Below, in pieces: positions 43,110 to 56,690 of a stretch of 64,000 nt of DNA. The translations under genes and the position numbers were made by a program. The first letter of the stretch is position 1, and the number at the start of each line of letters is the position of its first letter. This DNA is from the human T2T-CHM13v2.0 reference genome, Homo sapiens. The notes under the pieces were generated by a model. It was not told the DNA's origin. It saw nothing but the letters and a program-made list of their open reading frames with translations, and made no database searches. Location: assembly GCF_009914755.1 (NCBI RefSeq), contig NC_060927.1. The stretch is one strand, 5' to 3'.

Positions 43110-45400
43110 ACAGTTGTCTATATTGTGATAGTTGTGTGGAGAATGGATTTGAAGAGGACAAAACAGGATGCAGAGAAGTTAGAAGGCTGATGCAGTAGTC
43201 AAGATAAATAATGAGGAGGTGAATTGAAATATTAGGAGAGGTGAAATTGCTGAAATTTTATTAGATATGAGGGGAAAAAGAAAAGAGAGAGTCAATAATG
43301 CCAGTGTAGCTTGTAGATGGTGGGGCCACTAAGAGAAAATGAGAATTTTGATAAGAAAAAGAACAGATGATAACTTCACTTTGGGACAGGTTGGGTTTGA
43401 AATACAGATATCTGGCAAAGTGATGGATGTATACTAACATGACACTTAGGGGAGAGCTCTGAGTTACAGTTAGGCAGACTAGTGCAGTCTTCAGGAACAC
43501 ATCAAGAAGCCTGGTCCACATGATGCCTGGGCAAGACAGGGTTACAGGAGATAGGGCTGGAGAAACAGGCAGTGCCCAACTTTGATCTTTAAGATGTTGG
43601 ATGCTAGACTATGGAGTAGAACTTCGTCTTTCAGATTATGGGAGCCATTAAAGGATTGTGAGCAACAGGATAGCATTCAGAGATCTGATTTCTAGAGATG
43701 ACATGAGTGGCAGTGTGGAAGAGGAATTACAGAGATGAAAGATGAGGGACAAACAGGCAAATGAAAAGTTATCTGAATGGAGAAGAAAGAAAAATGATTA
43801 GAACTTGAATGTGTATGGCAGCAACAAGGTTGTAAGGGAGAAAACGAGTCAAATAGTACACATGGAGATAATTCATAATTCAGCAAATATATGTGGCAGA
43901 ATAAAATTTATAGTCCTCCATGAATACTTGCAGCCTTCAGCCCTCCTCTAGCCTTCTAAGTAGGGATCTTGAGTCTGTTTTAAGAGGAGAGAGTGTGTGA
44001 GTGAGATAGCTCAGCTACTATGCTGTGAAAAGTAATAGATTTTTTGAAGAAATGGGTGGATAAGAGAATTTTAGACCATTTTGCTATGTGTCATACTATA
44101 TAATTACCTTTGGTATTTTGGAGGAGACTACAATAAAGATTTACATTCCTTTTTTTTTTTTTCTCTCTTAATGATGCTGTACTGAGCAAACATGGTGCTC
44201 CAGGTGGTGGCAGGTTACTTTTACACTAATAGAATGAGTAGGACCTGGTGATTAATCAAATGTGGAAAGCGATAGAAAGGGGGTAGTCCAACATGACTCC
44301 TACAGTGATGTCAGAAGTCTGGTGAGGTTTACTGACAAAGGGACATAGTAGGTCAGGATCAGGGAAGTGACAGCACATTCCCTTTTATCATGTGGAGTTT
44401 GAGGTGTTCAAGGGATGGTCAAGTGCAGAAGCCCAGCAGGGGATCACTATTCTGTGACTGGGGCTCAGGAGATGGCCCTGGGCTGGACACAGGGACTTGA
44501 GATTCACTGGCATTATTGTGGTATTTACAGCAGCTGGATACACATTGTAAAACGAGTTGATCAAGAACAAGGCTGTGGGTAACATTCTCATTTAAGGGAT
44601 GATCTGAGAAACTGAAGCTATCATAAGGGGCTGAGTAGACACAGCCAGAGGTGTGGGAGAAATCCCTGGGGGTTAAGTCACTGGATTTAGCGATTAGATA
44701 GTGCTATGGTCTCAATGTTTACTTTCCCCAAAATTCATATTGAAATCTCCACAGTGATGGTACTTGGAGGTGGGGCCTTTGGGAGATGATTAGGTCGTGA
44801 GAGTGGAGCCCTTGTGAATGGGATTAATACCTTTATGAAAGAGTCCCCAGAAAGGCCCTCTGTCCTTTACACCACATGAGGATGCAGTGAGAAGGCACCA
44901 TCTATGAGGAAGCAGGCTCTCATCAGACACCTTGATCTTGAAACTGCTAGCCTGTAAAACTGTAAGAAATAATAGATTTCCATTCTTTATAAGTCACCGA
45001 GTTGACAGTATTTTTGTTATAGCTGCCTGAATAGGCTAAGACAGGAGGTGACTCTTACCCTTAGCAAAGGAAATTTCAAGGGCGTGGTGGAGAAAGAATC
45101 CTGATAGCAGTGGGTGGAGGAAAGAATGAAAGAGAGATAAACATGGAATACTCCTAGAAGCAGCTGGTTTGTGAAGAGAGGAAGGACATAGGATGACATT
45201 AAAGGATGGCGATCCAGGGAAAAGGGAGGCATTTGGGTGGGGTGTTTGTTATTTGTTTTGAAAATGGTTGAGACTAGAATATATTTATAAACAAAGAGGT
45301 AGAAAGGCAGATTAAATTCATAGGAGAGTTGGATATTTGTAGATGCAAAGTGCCAGAGAATGATAGAAAGAATGAGAATTAAGTACATGAGTGCGGAGTT
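43110..45400 (-). mobile_element. Degraded L2 fragments
   Basis: Purine-rich antisense L2-like tracts (gtgtggagaatggatttgaag, gtggagtttgaggtgttcaag, agagataaac). Boundaries vague. Confidence 0.5.
44702..45042 (+). mobile_element. MLT1A-like MaLR LTR
   Basis: tgctatggtctcaatgtt...ggaggtggggcctttgggagatgattagg...tttttgttatagctgcctgaataggctaagaca. Confidence 0.88.
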
Positions 45401-48074
45401 TATACTTAGACCAGAGGAATGAAGGGCAGACAGTTCCCAATGACAAGAAGGTCGGTGGGAAAGCTACAGTCCTGAAGGGAGTTCATAGCAGATGGCAGAA
45501 GGAGATAACAGGGAATGATATTCTGAAGTTCATAGTTCAAGTGAATAATAGGATATCATTTCCTTCAACAAACAAAGGAGGGGCTTTGAATGCACACTGT
45601 GCTCTGTGCTAGGGGCTTGTTAATCAAGATGAGTAAGGTGCTGTGAATCTCACAGTCCTCTCTGGTGCTCACCTCAAAAACTACTGAAAGTTTGTCCTGC
45701 CTCTCTTTCTATGTAGTCTTTTGTCCCATCCCTTTTCTTTTTCTTCTACTTGATTACTCTCCTCTCTGTATTTCTTCTCCCTCTCTCTACCCCCGACCCA
45801 TGGGCCCCTTTCTGCCTCTTCTCCTGACTCCCCTATCTGCACCCCCATCTCTCAAGTCCATGGGTTTCTTCTCCCTTCTCCCTTTTCTTGAAATAGCCAG
45901 CACAAGGAAACAAAATTGTTTTTTAGCCTCTTATGTTTAACAAATAAACATAACATAAACATGTTAAAATGTGTTTAATTTTTAAAACAAATCAGTTGAA
46001 ATTTTTATACTTCTTTCTCTAAAACTAACAATCCATGAGCTTCAGTTAGCTTTGTTCTGTTGTCAATGACCCCTAACAAAATAAACCCTCCCCACCTCTG
46101 TTAGGGTTCATGTGGAAGGAAGCAGAATATTTCATCTGCAACAGATACAATGTTTATTTTGCACATACTGCCGACTCCATGAGAAAGAGAGGACATAAAT
46201 GGTAGTCTTAAACACAGTAACATGTTTTACAAGTTTGCATGCATTGTACTAGCAAATAAAACATAAAGAACAAGAAAAAACAGAAAGTGAATATCAAATC
46301 TTCATACATTTAGTATTATGACTGAAACTCAAATGATGGGGAAAATTAAAATCTCTGGCAAAAAAATATGGGTTTCTTCTGCAAATTTCATGCTGTCATG
46401 AGGAACCGATGGACTTGAAAGATCAGGGTGCAGACAAGAGAGTAAGGAGAAGTCATGTCGCCAGCCAAGAAAATCATGTCTTCTTTGTTCTCTGATCTGG
46501 CAACAAAGAATTGAAGGTCTCATGTTGCCCTGGTAACACCGGGAGACACTCCCAGACTGCTGAAAGGGCTCTACCCAGCCCACACAAAGTGTCACAGGTC
46601 CAAACTCTGGCCAAGGACTCTCTGGAGCAGAAACATAACTGGGTTTGACACTCACTTTAGCTTCTTTAGGCGACTTAAGGACAGAAGTTTTCAGTTCTGC
46701 TTCAGAAGAACCAATCCTCAACATTGATTATGATTTCTGTTGCAAGTAGATATATAAAAATTACATCTATTGTTGCGAGCTAAATTCTGAGCCCAGCCTG
46801 ATGACAGCCTAAATTGTGGTCATTACCTTTATAAATAGTGCTCAAATTTTATGACTTCTAAATAACACCTCTATAATTATACACCTCTTGCTTAAATGTC
46901 TTGAAATGTCCTTTCTAAAGAAATCATTACTTTTAAAACAGGTATTTAATTTTTATGAAAGAAAAATTAGAGTGGAAAGAAAAAAATCTTCAGAGAGCCC
47001 CAGGGGGTGGAGCTGATGAGAAATCCCAGAAGTTCAAGTTCAGATGCCCAGAAATGCAGGGCACATTGGAGGGGCAGGGGCACGCACTCCCAGGTGCAGC
47101 GTTTCAGCAGCCTGGGGATCTGAGACTGCTGTGGACTTGTGTGCATGATCTTCATGGCTAATGATGAGGCAACAGCCAGAAAGAGAAAAAGCCCAAAGTA
47201 GTCCTTATAAAACTATAGAGAAGACCACATTTGTCTTTGTGACAAACACTTGAACTGTTTCACAGATGCTCACAGCAGACAGCCCTCTATACTACCAATT
47301 TATGCTTCCTAACTCTTCACACTCTCCTTTCTTCAGTGCCTAGATCATTGCTGTCTTACATGGAAGAATGAAAGTATCTAATAATGTAATTCACAGTAAA
47401 TTACCAATTGAAGAGAAAAAAACCTCATTATATTCTTTTGGTGGTATTTATGTTTTAAAGGAGGGTCTTGGAAGGCAATGCCTAACCTAAACGGAACTAA
47501 ATCTTGGGGAATTTCAGCCAACGTGGCAGGCAATCGGGGAGCTATTAGGGGATAGTAAGGGCCTGCTTCTGTCCCTAGGCACCATCCCATGTGGTTATCT
47601 ATTCACTGTGTTTGGTAAAAGGTGACCCATTTTGCCATGGGTCTATCAAAATTATTTTGAAATGTATCTACATTATCCAAAAGGACCTTGAACCTGGGTT
47701 TCCCCTCTCTTTCAGCCCACTTCTGTTACCTAAACCCTGTGCTTGATTGTAAAATCAAGCACAAGAGAGTCCCAAGGCAAAAGTGGCTACAAAAGTAAAT
47801 AAACTACCTTATATAGATATGGCTTCATGGATATTTAAAGATATAAAAATAATAATCCCCTTTCCCAGTTTGGTCATTCTTGAGAGTTGAAACCACCAAG
47901 TCCCCATGCAGTCTACTTTGTCAGTTTCACGGAACCGGAACTCCCCTCACCAAGGGTGAAGCTCTCCTTGAGTCTACTTTAAGATGGCTTTCTTTTAAAT
48001 AAATAATTTTTGCTCACTAACTTATGCTTTTCTCTCACTTTTCCCCTTTCCCTTCTGCCACTTACGTTTCTCAG

Positions 48075-48120
48075 GACAAATGTTGCCTTTCACTTTACTG
48101 CCAGCCCCTCTCAACCTCAG
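48075..48120 (+). CDS. SIDT1: SIDT1 coding exon 4 (46 nt)
   Basis: Long pyrimidine tract, then tctcag|G. Encodes TNVAFHFTASPSQPQ. Donor CAG|gtaagt. Restores phase 0. Confidence 0.95.
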
Positions 48121-48959
48121 GTAAGTGAAGGGGTTCCAAGAGTTATCAACATCCTACCTGTTGGTGTTGCCTGCCTGTTAGTGAAACCATGTTACCCTGG
48201 TAGAGTTAGCGTGTGGTGTTGCCCTTGACCTTTCACAACTTGAAGTATATTTGTATTCCACTTTATTCCTTGTGTTACTGGAATTTTGGACACAATATTT
48301 AATCATATCACCTTAATTGGTATAAAATGGGTGGCATGCTATTTGTTTTCAGGTGTTCATTGGTTCAATCCTCACTGAGAAAATCGTGTGCCCACTATGC
48401 ACCAAGAACATTGTTAGACTGCACCTGGTGCTGGAGGCACAAAGGTTAAGAACGGAGAGACACAACTTCTGCCATTATGAACCTGATAGCTGGGAAGTGG
48501 TAGTGGGGATAGGTAGTAAAAGGCTGACACCAAACAGATACACAAATAATTAATTGACCTGGAAATACAACGAAAATAAGACATTTTAATGTTTACAATG
48601 TTATAAGTGTAGTAAATTAGTTTCTCCTCTCATAAAGAAAGAGCCAGAATTTTGACAAAAAACATCAGGAGAATTAGATATTTGTGTTGTGCTCTCCATT
48701 AAACCATAACCACAAATAGAATAAATACATGAAAACTTGGATTAAGTCAGGCTGTTTTTCTGGTGTCATTTCTAGCTACCTTCCTTTTTTCTTTCATAAG
48801 CTTCTGAAGACAAAACTCTATATAATAGCATGTTCGAAACAAGTTTATTTGTTGTACATTTTCTTTAGTCCATAATATAGCTTTGGTCATAAATAGCTAC
48901 TTAGGTTTTGCTTTGGAGTAGTAAAACTGGGATTAACATGGACTTGTTGTAAATATACT

Positions 48960-49155
48960 ACTGCGGTGCTGGTAAATAGTTAAGAACTGGTTCTCAGAGA
49001 GAAAGCCCTGATTTGTAGCATTTGCCCATTTCTGTGGTGTAAATACCTCCACTGTGGCTGATTTTAAGCTCCCATTGTGATGTCACTGAACAGCTGGGAA
49101 GTGACTAATGCACAATCAGCTCTCCCAAGCCTGAATGAACCAACTCCAATCCACT
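48960..49155 (-). mobile_element. MER63A-like hAT-Blackjack relic
   Basis: gtgctggtaaat...aaagccctgatttgtagcatttgcc...tggtgtaaatac...tgtcactgaac...gcacaatcagctctc. Confidence 0.75.
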
Positions 49156-49336
49156 TTTAAACTTCCTGTCTGTGAAAGTCTCTGCAACGCATGTATACTG
49201 CCACCCAGTGGCAGGAGAGGGCCAAAGGCCCTTAATATACTGCCCTCAATATTTATTGACTATTTAATTTCAAGAAATATTTTAAAAGCACTAATTACTA
49301 GGTGCAAAGAGAGAAACCTAAAGTAGAAGGGGAATA

Positions 49337-49697
<361 letters not shown>

Positions 49698-49718
49698 CTA
49701 TAATAAATATGATATACT

Positions 49719-50018
49719 GATCAGGTGTGGTGGCTTGCACCTGTAATCCCAACACTTTGGGAGGCTGAGGCAGAAGTATTGCTTGAGGCCAAGAGTTCAA
49801 GACCAGCCTGGGCAACATAGCAAGACCCTGTCTCTACAAAAACCTAAAAAATAAAAAATTAGCCGGGTATGGTAGCTTGCATCTGTAGTTTTGACTTCTC
49901 AGGAGGCTGAGGCAGAAGGATCACTTGAGCCCAGGAGGTCAAGACTACAGTGATACATGATTGTGCCATTGCACCCTAGCCTGGGTGACAGCGTGAGACC
50001 CTATCTCTGAAAAAAAAA
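49719..50018 (+). mobile_element. Alu (AluJ-like)
   Basis: Diverged sense dimer. Confidence 0.9.
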
Positions 50019-51760
50019 TTTAAATAATTTGTATTTAAACCCCAAAATGGAGTAAAATATACTTAGAACAAACTAATAAAACAAAACAAGTTCCTTGATA
50101 TCTACGAAAGGTTTACTTTACTCTTAACTAGTCTCATTTTCACCTATATTTTGTATCCTCTTTGATTACAGGAAATATTTTCTTTTTCTATAAACTCACC
50201 CAAACGGTTGCACATTCTCAGATAACCTGTGTCAATCACTGTTTGCCTCTATTCCAGGAGTTAGAAGCAGGTTGCAGAAACTGGGGAGGTAGCCAGGACC
50301 CAGATAGTGATTTTTCAGCCTAAATTCCAGCCACTGCTTTGGGTATTTGTCGTTCGCTTCTTTCTGGTAAAGGTAGATTGTCAGGCAGGGGTCAAAAACA
50401 TTTATTTGGGGTTTATGGTAATTTGCAGATAAAGTTGTTAATACTTTCAGTGGGTGTTTACTGCTTGCACAAAACCAATTACTAGCATATATGGGAACAT
50501 ATATGAGGCTCATTATTGCCAACAGTAATCATAGTAATGCTCTTGAGTTACACAGTATGGGTTTCCTGGGAAACAAGAACACTCTTGGAAATTCCATGCT
50601 CCTCATCTTTTGAAGAGCCCTGTATTATATGTATTTGAGTCAAGCTCCAAAATTAAGTGGGTTCTTGGGGGTATTGCCATCTGTTATAAGATGTGAATAG
50701 ACTTCCAACTGTATCATTAATGACACTCTTTAATTCTGAGATAATTTTTCCCCATCAGAAAGCTTTGGATTATTAAAAAGGATTCCATTTTTATTGTCCT
50801 GGTACTCAAAATAGGGTTAGGAGAAAAGATGTTGAAATACAAAGTTAAGTTTTAACTTGTTTTGCCTCTCTGTACATGATAGATTTATTAGAGTCTTCAC
50901 TGGGAGCCTGTTTCGGTTGCTTTTCTCAAAATCTTAATCATAGGCTTAATATAACTTCTCAATCAGTTATCGTATTTTATAATTATTTGGCAGAATTCCC
51001 CTTTCTTCATCATTAAGGACAAGTTTACAACTTAGAGTTAATACATTTTTCCAGTGGATTCATAATCTACATGGGTAAATAGTACAACCTCTTTCAATTA
51101 AAAATGTTTCCTAATTCTGGTGTTACTTGAAAAACACTTTTAAAAGATACCTCAGCCTGCCCGCAATTGTGAATGTATTTCTGGGGACTCCACATGGGGC
51201 TTGGTCTTTGAATCTCTGTATGTTCTCACTATATTCCAGCCAGCAACAAGTTTCTTGATCAAAAGGGCAAGGGGGAGGATGAGTCTAGTGCTAATTCTTG
51301 CCTATGGGAAGGTGGTTAAAATTATTGAGGAACAGGCTTATCTGCTTTTCAATATGGAATTTTCGTATGTCACATTGACCACACAGAAAGAAGTGAATCT
51401 TATCACATGTTATATCTCACTTACCCTTAATTTAAAGGGGGCAGGATGCTTCTTAAACAGGAAACAAACTAAAGTATAGCAAAGTTTAGTTGAGAAATAA
51501 ATGACTATTTCTTTTACCCTAGAAAAAGGAATAGCAACATTGCATAAAATGGCTGTTTTGTCTTATTTACTGCTATATTCTTAATGCCTGGCACAGAGCC
51601 CTGCGCAGATTTAGTTTCTCAATATGTATGAGATGAAGAGCTGACTGAATTCATTAATGGAGATTCACGGAGATTTACGTATAAATTTTGTGCCTAATAG
51701 TAGAGGAAACAATCCCATTCATGTAAATATAAATCATGTCTTTCTTTTTCTTATTCTCAG

Positions 51761-51862
51761 TATTTTCTATACAAGTTTCCCAAAGACGTGGACTCAGTTA
51801 TCATTAAAGTGGTGTCTGAAATGGCTTATCCATGTTCTGTTGTCTCAGTCCAGAATATCATG
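51761..51862 (+). CDS. SIDT1: SIDT1 coding exon 5 (102 nt)
   Basis: Acceptor ttattctcag|TAT. Encodes [34 protein letters not shown]. Donor ATG|gtgagt. Confidence 0.96.
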
Positions 51863-52513
51863 GTGAGTGCTGATAACTTGCCAACCTTCTACTATAGAGC
51901 ATTATATTATTCCAGAACAAATGAAAGAGAAGGGTGGAAGCATGCCATCCTCTTACTGTGTATCTCCCTTCCAAAACTACTAAACAATACGAACAGTATC
52001 TGTGAGCACGAGTGGGCAGACTGTGTTTGCAGACACTAATTTGGAGTGGTAAAGAATAGTTAACTCTTCACCAAAATCAACAAAGCAAAGAAGGAAAGGA
52101 GGGAGGAAGCAGGGAAGGATTGTAACAAGGAACCAGGAAGACCAAGTTGTGGGCTCCGCGAGAAAGCTAAAATTGAACCCTACCATTTGTTCTGCTTTTA
52201 AATTTTTATTGTAACATTCGGTTCTTTCTGTCTCCTGAGGTGTTAACGAAAATTGAAAAAAGTGTTATACACTTTAAGACAATATTTTTATAGTTCTCTT
52301 CAATATAACATGACTTTGACTTTAGAGGACGAGGCCCCAAGTCTTAGGAAGACTATGTCATGACTGTTCAAGGGGGGAAATTGCCTAGTTTCTGGTTAAT
52401 AAGGATCCCCTGCTCTGTGATCCAAGCAGAAAGATGCTGACAGGACCTATGTGTGGCATGACATTGCATGACATTATGGATGCTTTCCATTTTATTCCTC
52501 ATGCATGCTGCAG

Positions 52514-52597
52514 TGCCCGGTGTATGATCTCGACCACAATGTGGAATTTAATGGTGTCTATCAGTCCATGACCAAGAAAGCTGCCATCACGCTACAG
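52514..52597 (+). CDS. SIDT1: SIDT1 coding exon 6 (84 nt)
   Basis: Acceptor gctgcag|TGC. Encodes [28 protein letters not shown] (SID-1 family CPV.D motif). Donor CAG|gtgagg. Not present in the ORF track. Confidence 0.95.
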
Positions 52598-52743
52598 GTG
52601 AGGCATTGCTTCTGTGGGCATTATTGCCAATGGTAATGCTCAATAGATAGTGTACTTACTGGGCCAGCATCCAAAAGGGATGGCCATCCATGATGTGCCT
52701 AGGATCTCCTTCCTTTCTGATTGGTTTAAAAACTAATATGTCT

Positions 52744-53024
52744 GGCCAGGCGCAGTGGCTCACACCTGTAATCCTAGCACTTTGGGAGGCCAAGGCGAGC
52801 GGATCACCTAAAGTCAGGAGTTTGAGACCAGCCTGGCCAATATGGCAAAACCCTGTCTCCACTAAAAATACAAAAATTAGCTGGGCTTGGTGGTGCACAC
52901 CTGCAATCCCAGCTACTCAGGAGGCTGAGGCAGGAGAGTCTCTTGAACCCAAGAGGCAGAGGTTGAAGTGAGCCAAGAGCACAGCACTGCACTCCAGCCT
53001 GGGCGACAACAGCAAAACTCCATT
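52744..53024 (+). mobile_element. Alu (AluS-like) without a clear poly-A tail
   Basis: Sense dimer ending at gcaaaactccatt. Confidence 0.92.
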
Positions 53025-53817
53025 GAAATCAAAGCCTAGGTGATGGTAGACAATGCTACTCTACCAGGTGCCTCTTTCCCCTTGACAATTATTAGGAGCC
53101 CATGGTGCGATGGGACGTGTATCTGACAGATTGCTCAGAGAGGTAGGGCCAGAAGATTTCAGTCTACTTATTGGGGGTGCCAATTTAGGGTGAAGTTTGT
53201 CAGATCCATTTAAAGCAATTAAACATATTCTAATAATCTATACCAGTAACAGTAAGCAAATGAGGTCTTCAATTCTGAACAGAATGGACAGATTCAAAAG
53301 AATATGGACCATATTTGTACAGCAGCTTATCTTATGATATTTGTAATTATTATTTCAATTGTAATTTTATAACAAAAATGTATACATGTCATGTAAGCAT
53401 ATTTTCAAGGAGATTCTGTCCCTGCTTTGGGGGAGGTACTTACTTAAAGTACCTGCAGCGTGATCTGTTCCCTAGGGTAAGGTGATACTGTTTACTGAAT
53501 AATAAGGCAAGAATGAAGAGAAGTTAATTATAATTTAGGTATGAGACCTAAAATTTTCTGTCAGGCTTTAATTTTCAAAGGCTTCAGATTTGATATCCCA
53601 AATATCTGCTCTTGTTTTTCAGTATTTCTTTCTTTCTTGGCATCCCGCATTATGTGGTCCCAAATAAAAGAGGACAGAAAAATAACTATAGTAGGGAACT
53701 TCAAATTGTATTTCATCCGGGACACTAAATTCATAAAGGGCAAGCATATCAATAACTCTCTTCCCTGGATGTGTTTGGCAATAAATTGTTACTTCTCTTT
53801 TGGGGCCTAACCTTTTG

Positions 53818-53912
53818 GGCAGAGGTTGCAATGAGCCGAGATCACGCCACCACACTCCAGCCTGGGCGACATGAGCGAAACTCCTTCTCAAAAAACAAAC
53901 AAACAAACAAAA
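53818..53912 (+). mobile_element. Alu right-arm 3' fragment
   Basis: ggcagaggttgcaatgagccgagatc...ctccagcctgggcgac plus an (AAAC)n tail. Confidence 0.9.
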
Positions 53913-54561
53913 TGATTTACAGCTATGCCTGAAATAAAAAAAATAAATAAATAAGCCATTTTCTCAGTGGGCTGAACATAACACCAGAAGTTTGGGGATG
54001 ATTTTTTTTTAAGTCTGGGTTATAGAACTCTAACGGACCTTAAAGTTCATCTTGTCAACCGCACTTCATTCATGGATGAGGAAATGGGCACATAGAGAAA
54101 CATACTTAGAGTAACTCAAAGCCAAGATGATAACTGAGTCCTTTGCCTCCCTAACCTAAATTATTTATTTAACTGCTGAGTGTGTCCATTTTAGAAAAGT
54201 GATTTATCATTAGATTCTAAAATAAAAACTTAACATGTAAGCATTAGTTATTAAACATAGGCTATTCACATATTATTTATATGGTGCTTATTATAGTTCT
54301 AAGCTCTCAAATAGGCACAAAATTGATTGAAATCAGGAATGTATATCTATTTACCTTAATTTCTTGGATGTAACAATTATCTTAGAGTGGATAATCTGGA
54401 GTAAATCATGGGTATGTGAAAGTCCTTTCCAAGGAGTTAGAGGGCAGGGGTGAACTTTATTTTCCTTCTCTTTCCTCTTTCTTTCTGCCCCTACCCCCAG
54501 GGACTTTCTCCCTTCTACCTCTTTCTTACCGCCTATCATAAGGTTGTTATGTCTTATGCAG

Positions 54562-54649
54562 AAGAAGGATTTTCCAGGCGAGCAGTTCTTCGTGGTATTT
54601 GTGATAAAGCCTGAAGATTATGCCTGTGGAGGATCTTTCTTCATCCAGG
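54562..54649 (+). CDS. SIDT1: SIDT1 coding exon 7 (88 nt)
   Basis: Acceptor tatgcag|AAG. Encodes KKDFPGEQFFVVFVIKPEDYACGGSFFIQ. Donor CAGG|gtaaga. Confidence 0.94.
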
Positions 54650-55850
54650 GTAAGAGCTAGTGAGGAACACTTGGCTGCTTAGCAAAACCTGAAGGAAGGG
54701 AGTGAAAGGGAAGCTGAAACCTCCTTTCTAGTTCCCACTAAACAAGGGTTGGTTCCATCATCATGATGGGAAAGGCATCTGAGAGATACTTGAGAAAAAA
54801 AACGAAAGATAGAAAGTAACAGATCTAAAGGTATTATCGATACTACAAAATATCATTTAGTACATTTCATCTTTTTGAAGCATTGTATTCCCTCAGACCA
54901 TGGAAGATAAGTTCACTCGGTTGGCCCTTTACTCAACAAATATTTGCTACCATGAAGTAATGATCTTACACAGCGATCAAAGTCCATTTCTTAAGATGGG
55001 GTGGTAACCAGTAGCCATGGAGCTACTTAATTTATCAGTAGTCATCATTTCCACAATGATGGACAAGAAAAATTCAGCATTCTGCATCTCAGTTGCCAAA
55101 ATTATACCTTGAAAAATAGTAAGAAAGCCCAACTGCTACAACTTATCCCAATAATAAGGGGTTATGGGGGCTCTTAGGCATAGCACAAATAGTTATGGTT
55201 AACTACCCAGTAGCTACCTTAAGGGCAGAATAGGCTGATGATTGAAAACATAGACCACTAGCCAGTGATTAATCACATGTGACCAACACAAAGTGTGTTT
55301 ACTGTTGAGTGTAACATCATTTCCTTGATATTAATGTTTAGGTGAAATTTCTCCTAGTGTGTTCTTTAACCTCTTAATTACATGGCTCCAAAATTTTGCC
55401 AATGTCAAATATTCCTTGGTAAACTACAAGCCCTTTCATGACTATATAAGAGGGAAAAATTTGCACTGGCTAGAAACATACAAACCAAAGGAAGAGGTAG
55501 CTTCTGTTTTCACAGCTGTTTTCTTCACATGGCTGTGGATATCAGGGGAAGGGTCCACCACTCTTCATTGGAGAAGGGAGGCCGCAATCTTGTTTGCATC
55601 TGTTAGTGGTACCAAAATGCACACAAGCAAAGGCCAAATTGAGAGTCTAATGCTAGTCTCCTTAACCAAAAGGGATTTCTGATGGTTTGAAGGTTTGGGG
55701 GTTACATATTCCTCCAGTTCTTGCTAAAATAAGATTCAGTGATCAGAATTAATTCTGGACATTTTTTGAACAACAGTTCAGACAAGAGACCAAAAAAAAT
55801 CATTATCTGATTCAATGTGCTTTGTTCTTTTTTTATTTTTTTTAAACCAG

Positions 55851-55922
55851 AAAAGGAAAACCAGACCTGGAATCTACAGCGAAAAAAGAACCTTGAAGTG
55901 ACCATTGTCCCTTCCATTAAAG
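55851..55922 (+). CDS. SIDT1: SIDT1 coding exon 8 (72 nt)
   Basis: Poly-T tract, then aaaccag|AA. Encodes EKENQTWNLQRKKNLEVTIVPSIK. Donor AAG|gtcagt. Confidence 0.94.
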
Positions 55923-56329
55923 GTCAGTGTTGGCTCCAGAATGCATTGAAGAGATTCCTGTGTCAGAAAATCAGTCATATAATTTGATATTACTGTCATC
56001 CTTCCAGAGAGAATTGTCATAAGAAAACTAAAGTATATTTACCTTAGAAATAGAAAAGGGAGTCAGAGCATTTTGTTAAATCCCTCCTAAAAAGAAAGGG
56101 ACCTCAATCGTGAAGTCCCTTCCCAGCTTCTACTGGGAAGTCATCATTGTGAAAGGTAGCTACTGTGGATAATGTCTGGGGACCTCCAGTAGCAGTTTTG
56201 CTGTGAACAAAAATTTATTAGGACCTAAGAATCAATATGATGGAGGGGGCCCTTTAAGCCGTCCTGTCTCAGATGGAGTCTTCTTTTCTGCAGAGGATGA
56301 CCTGACCAAAGTTGTTTCTCTCCCTTCAG

Positions 56330-56423
56330 AATCTGTTTATGTGAAATCCAGTCTTTTCAGTGTCTTCATCTTCCTGTCCTTCTACTTGGGATGCCTTCTT
56401 GTTGGGTTTGTTCATTATCTGAG
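56330..56423 (+). CDS. SIDT1: SIDT1 coding exon 9 (94 nt; first transmembrane helix)
   Basis: Acceptor cccttcag|AA. Encodes ESVYVKSSLFSVFIFLSFYLGCLLVGFVHYLR with a hydrophobic stretch. Donor GAG|gtaggt. No further exon recognised before the window ends. Confidence 0.94.
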
Positions 56424-56484
56424 GTAGGTCAATCTTTTCTAGAAATGTTAATTCCCTGTGCCTGTCTCTGTGTAACGCTTGCAG

Positions 56485-56690
56485 CACAGACTTGACAGAT
56501 ATATTGACTGGCTTCAAATCTCCCTCAGCCACTAGCAATGTGACCTTGGATACCTTGTGACCTTGGAGATGTTGCTCAACTCTCTGTGCTTCAGTTTCCT
56601 CATCCATAAAGTGAGATAATAATTTACCCCACAAAAAGTACAACTGCAGCTTTTATATCAATAACACACACATAATAGGTGCTGGTAGAG
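56485..56690 (+). mobile_element. MIR
   Basis: ttcaaatc...ccactagcaatgtgaccttgg...ctctctgtgcttcagtttcctcatccataaa. Confidence 0.78.

Noticed and set aside
46329-46724. 131-aa minus-strand ORF in unique-looking intron 3 sequence (also 32361-32756)
   Set aside because: No recognisable homology, splice context or coding-like composition. ORFs of this length are plausible by chance in 64 kb when alternative starts are allowed.
52457-52476. 10-bp tandem repeat gcatgacatt x2 near the exon 6 acceptor
   Set aside because: Too short to separate from ordinary slippage, and no evidence it affects splicing.
55851-55855. Possible alternative AG 5 nt into exon 8
   Set aside because: It would shift the frame, and AAG is weaker than the upstream CAG that directly follows the poly-T tract.
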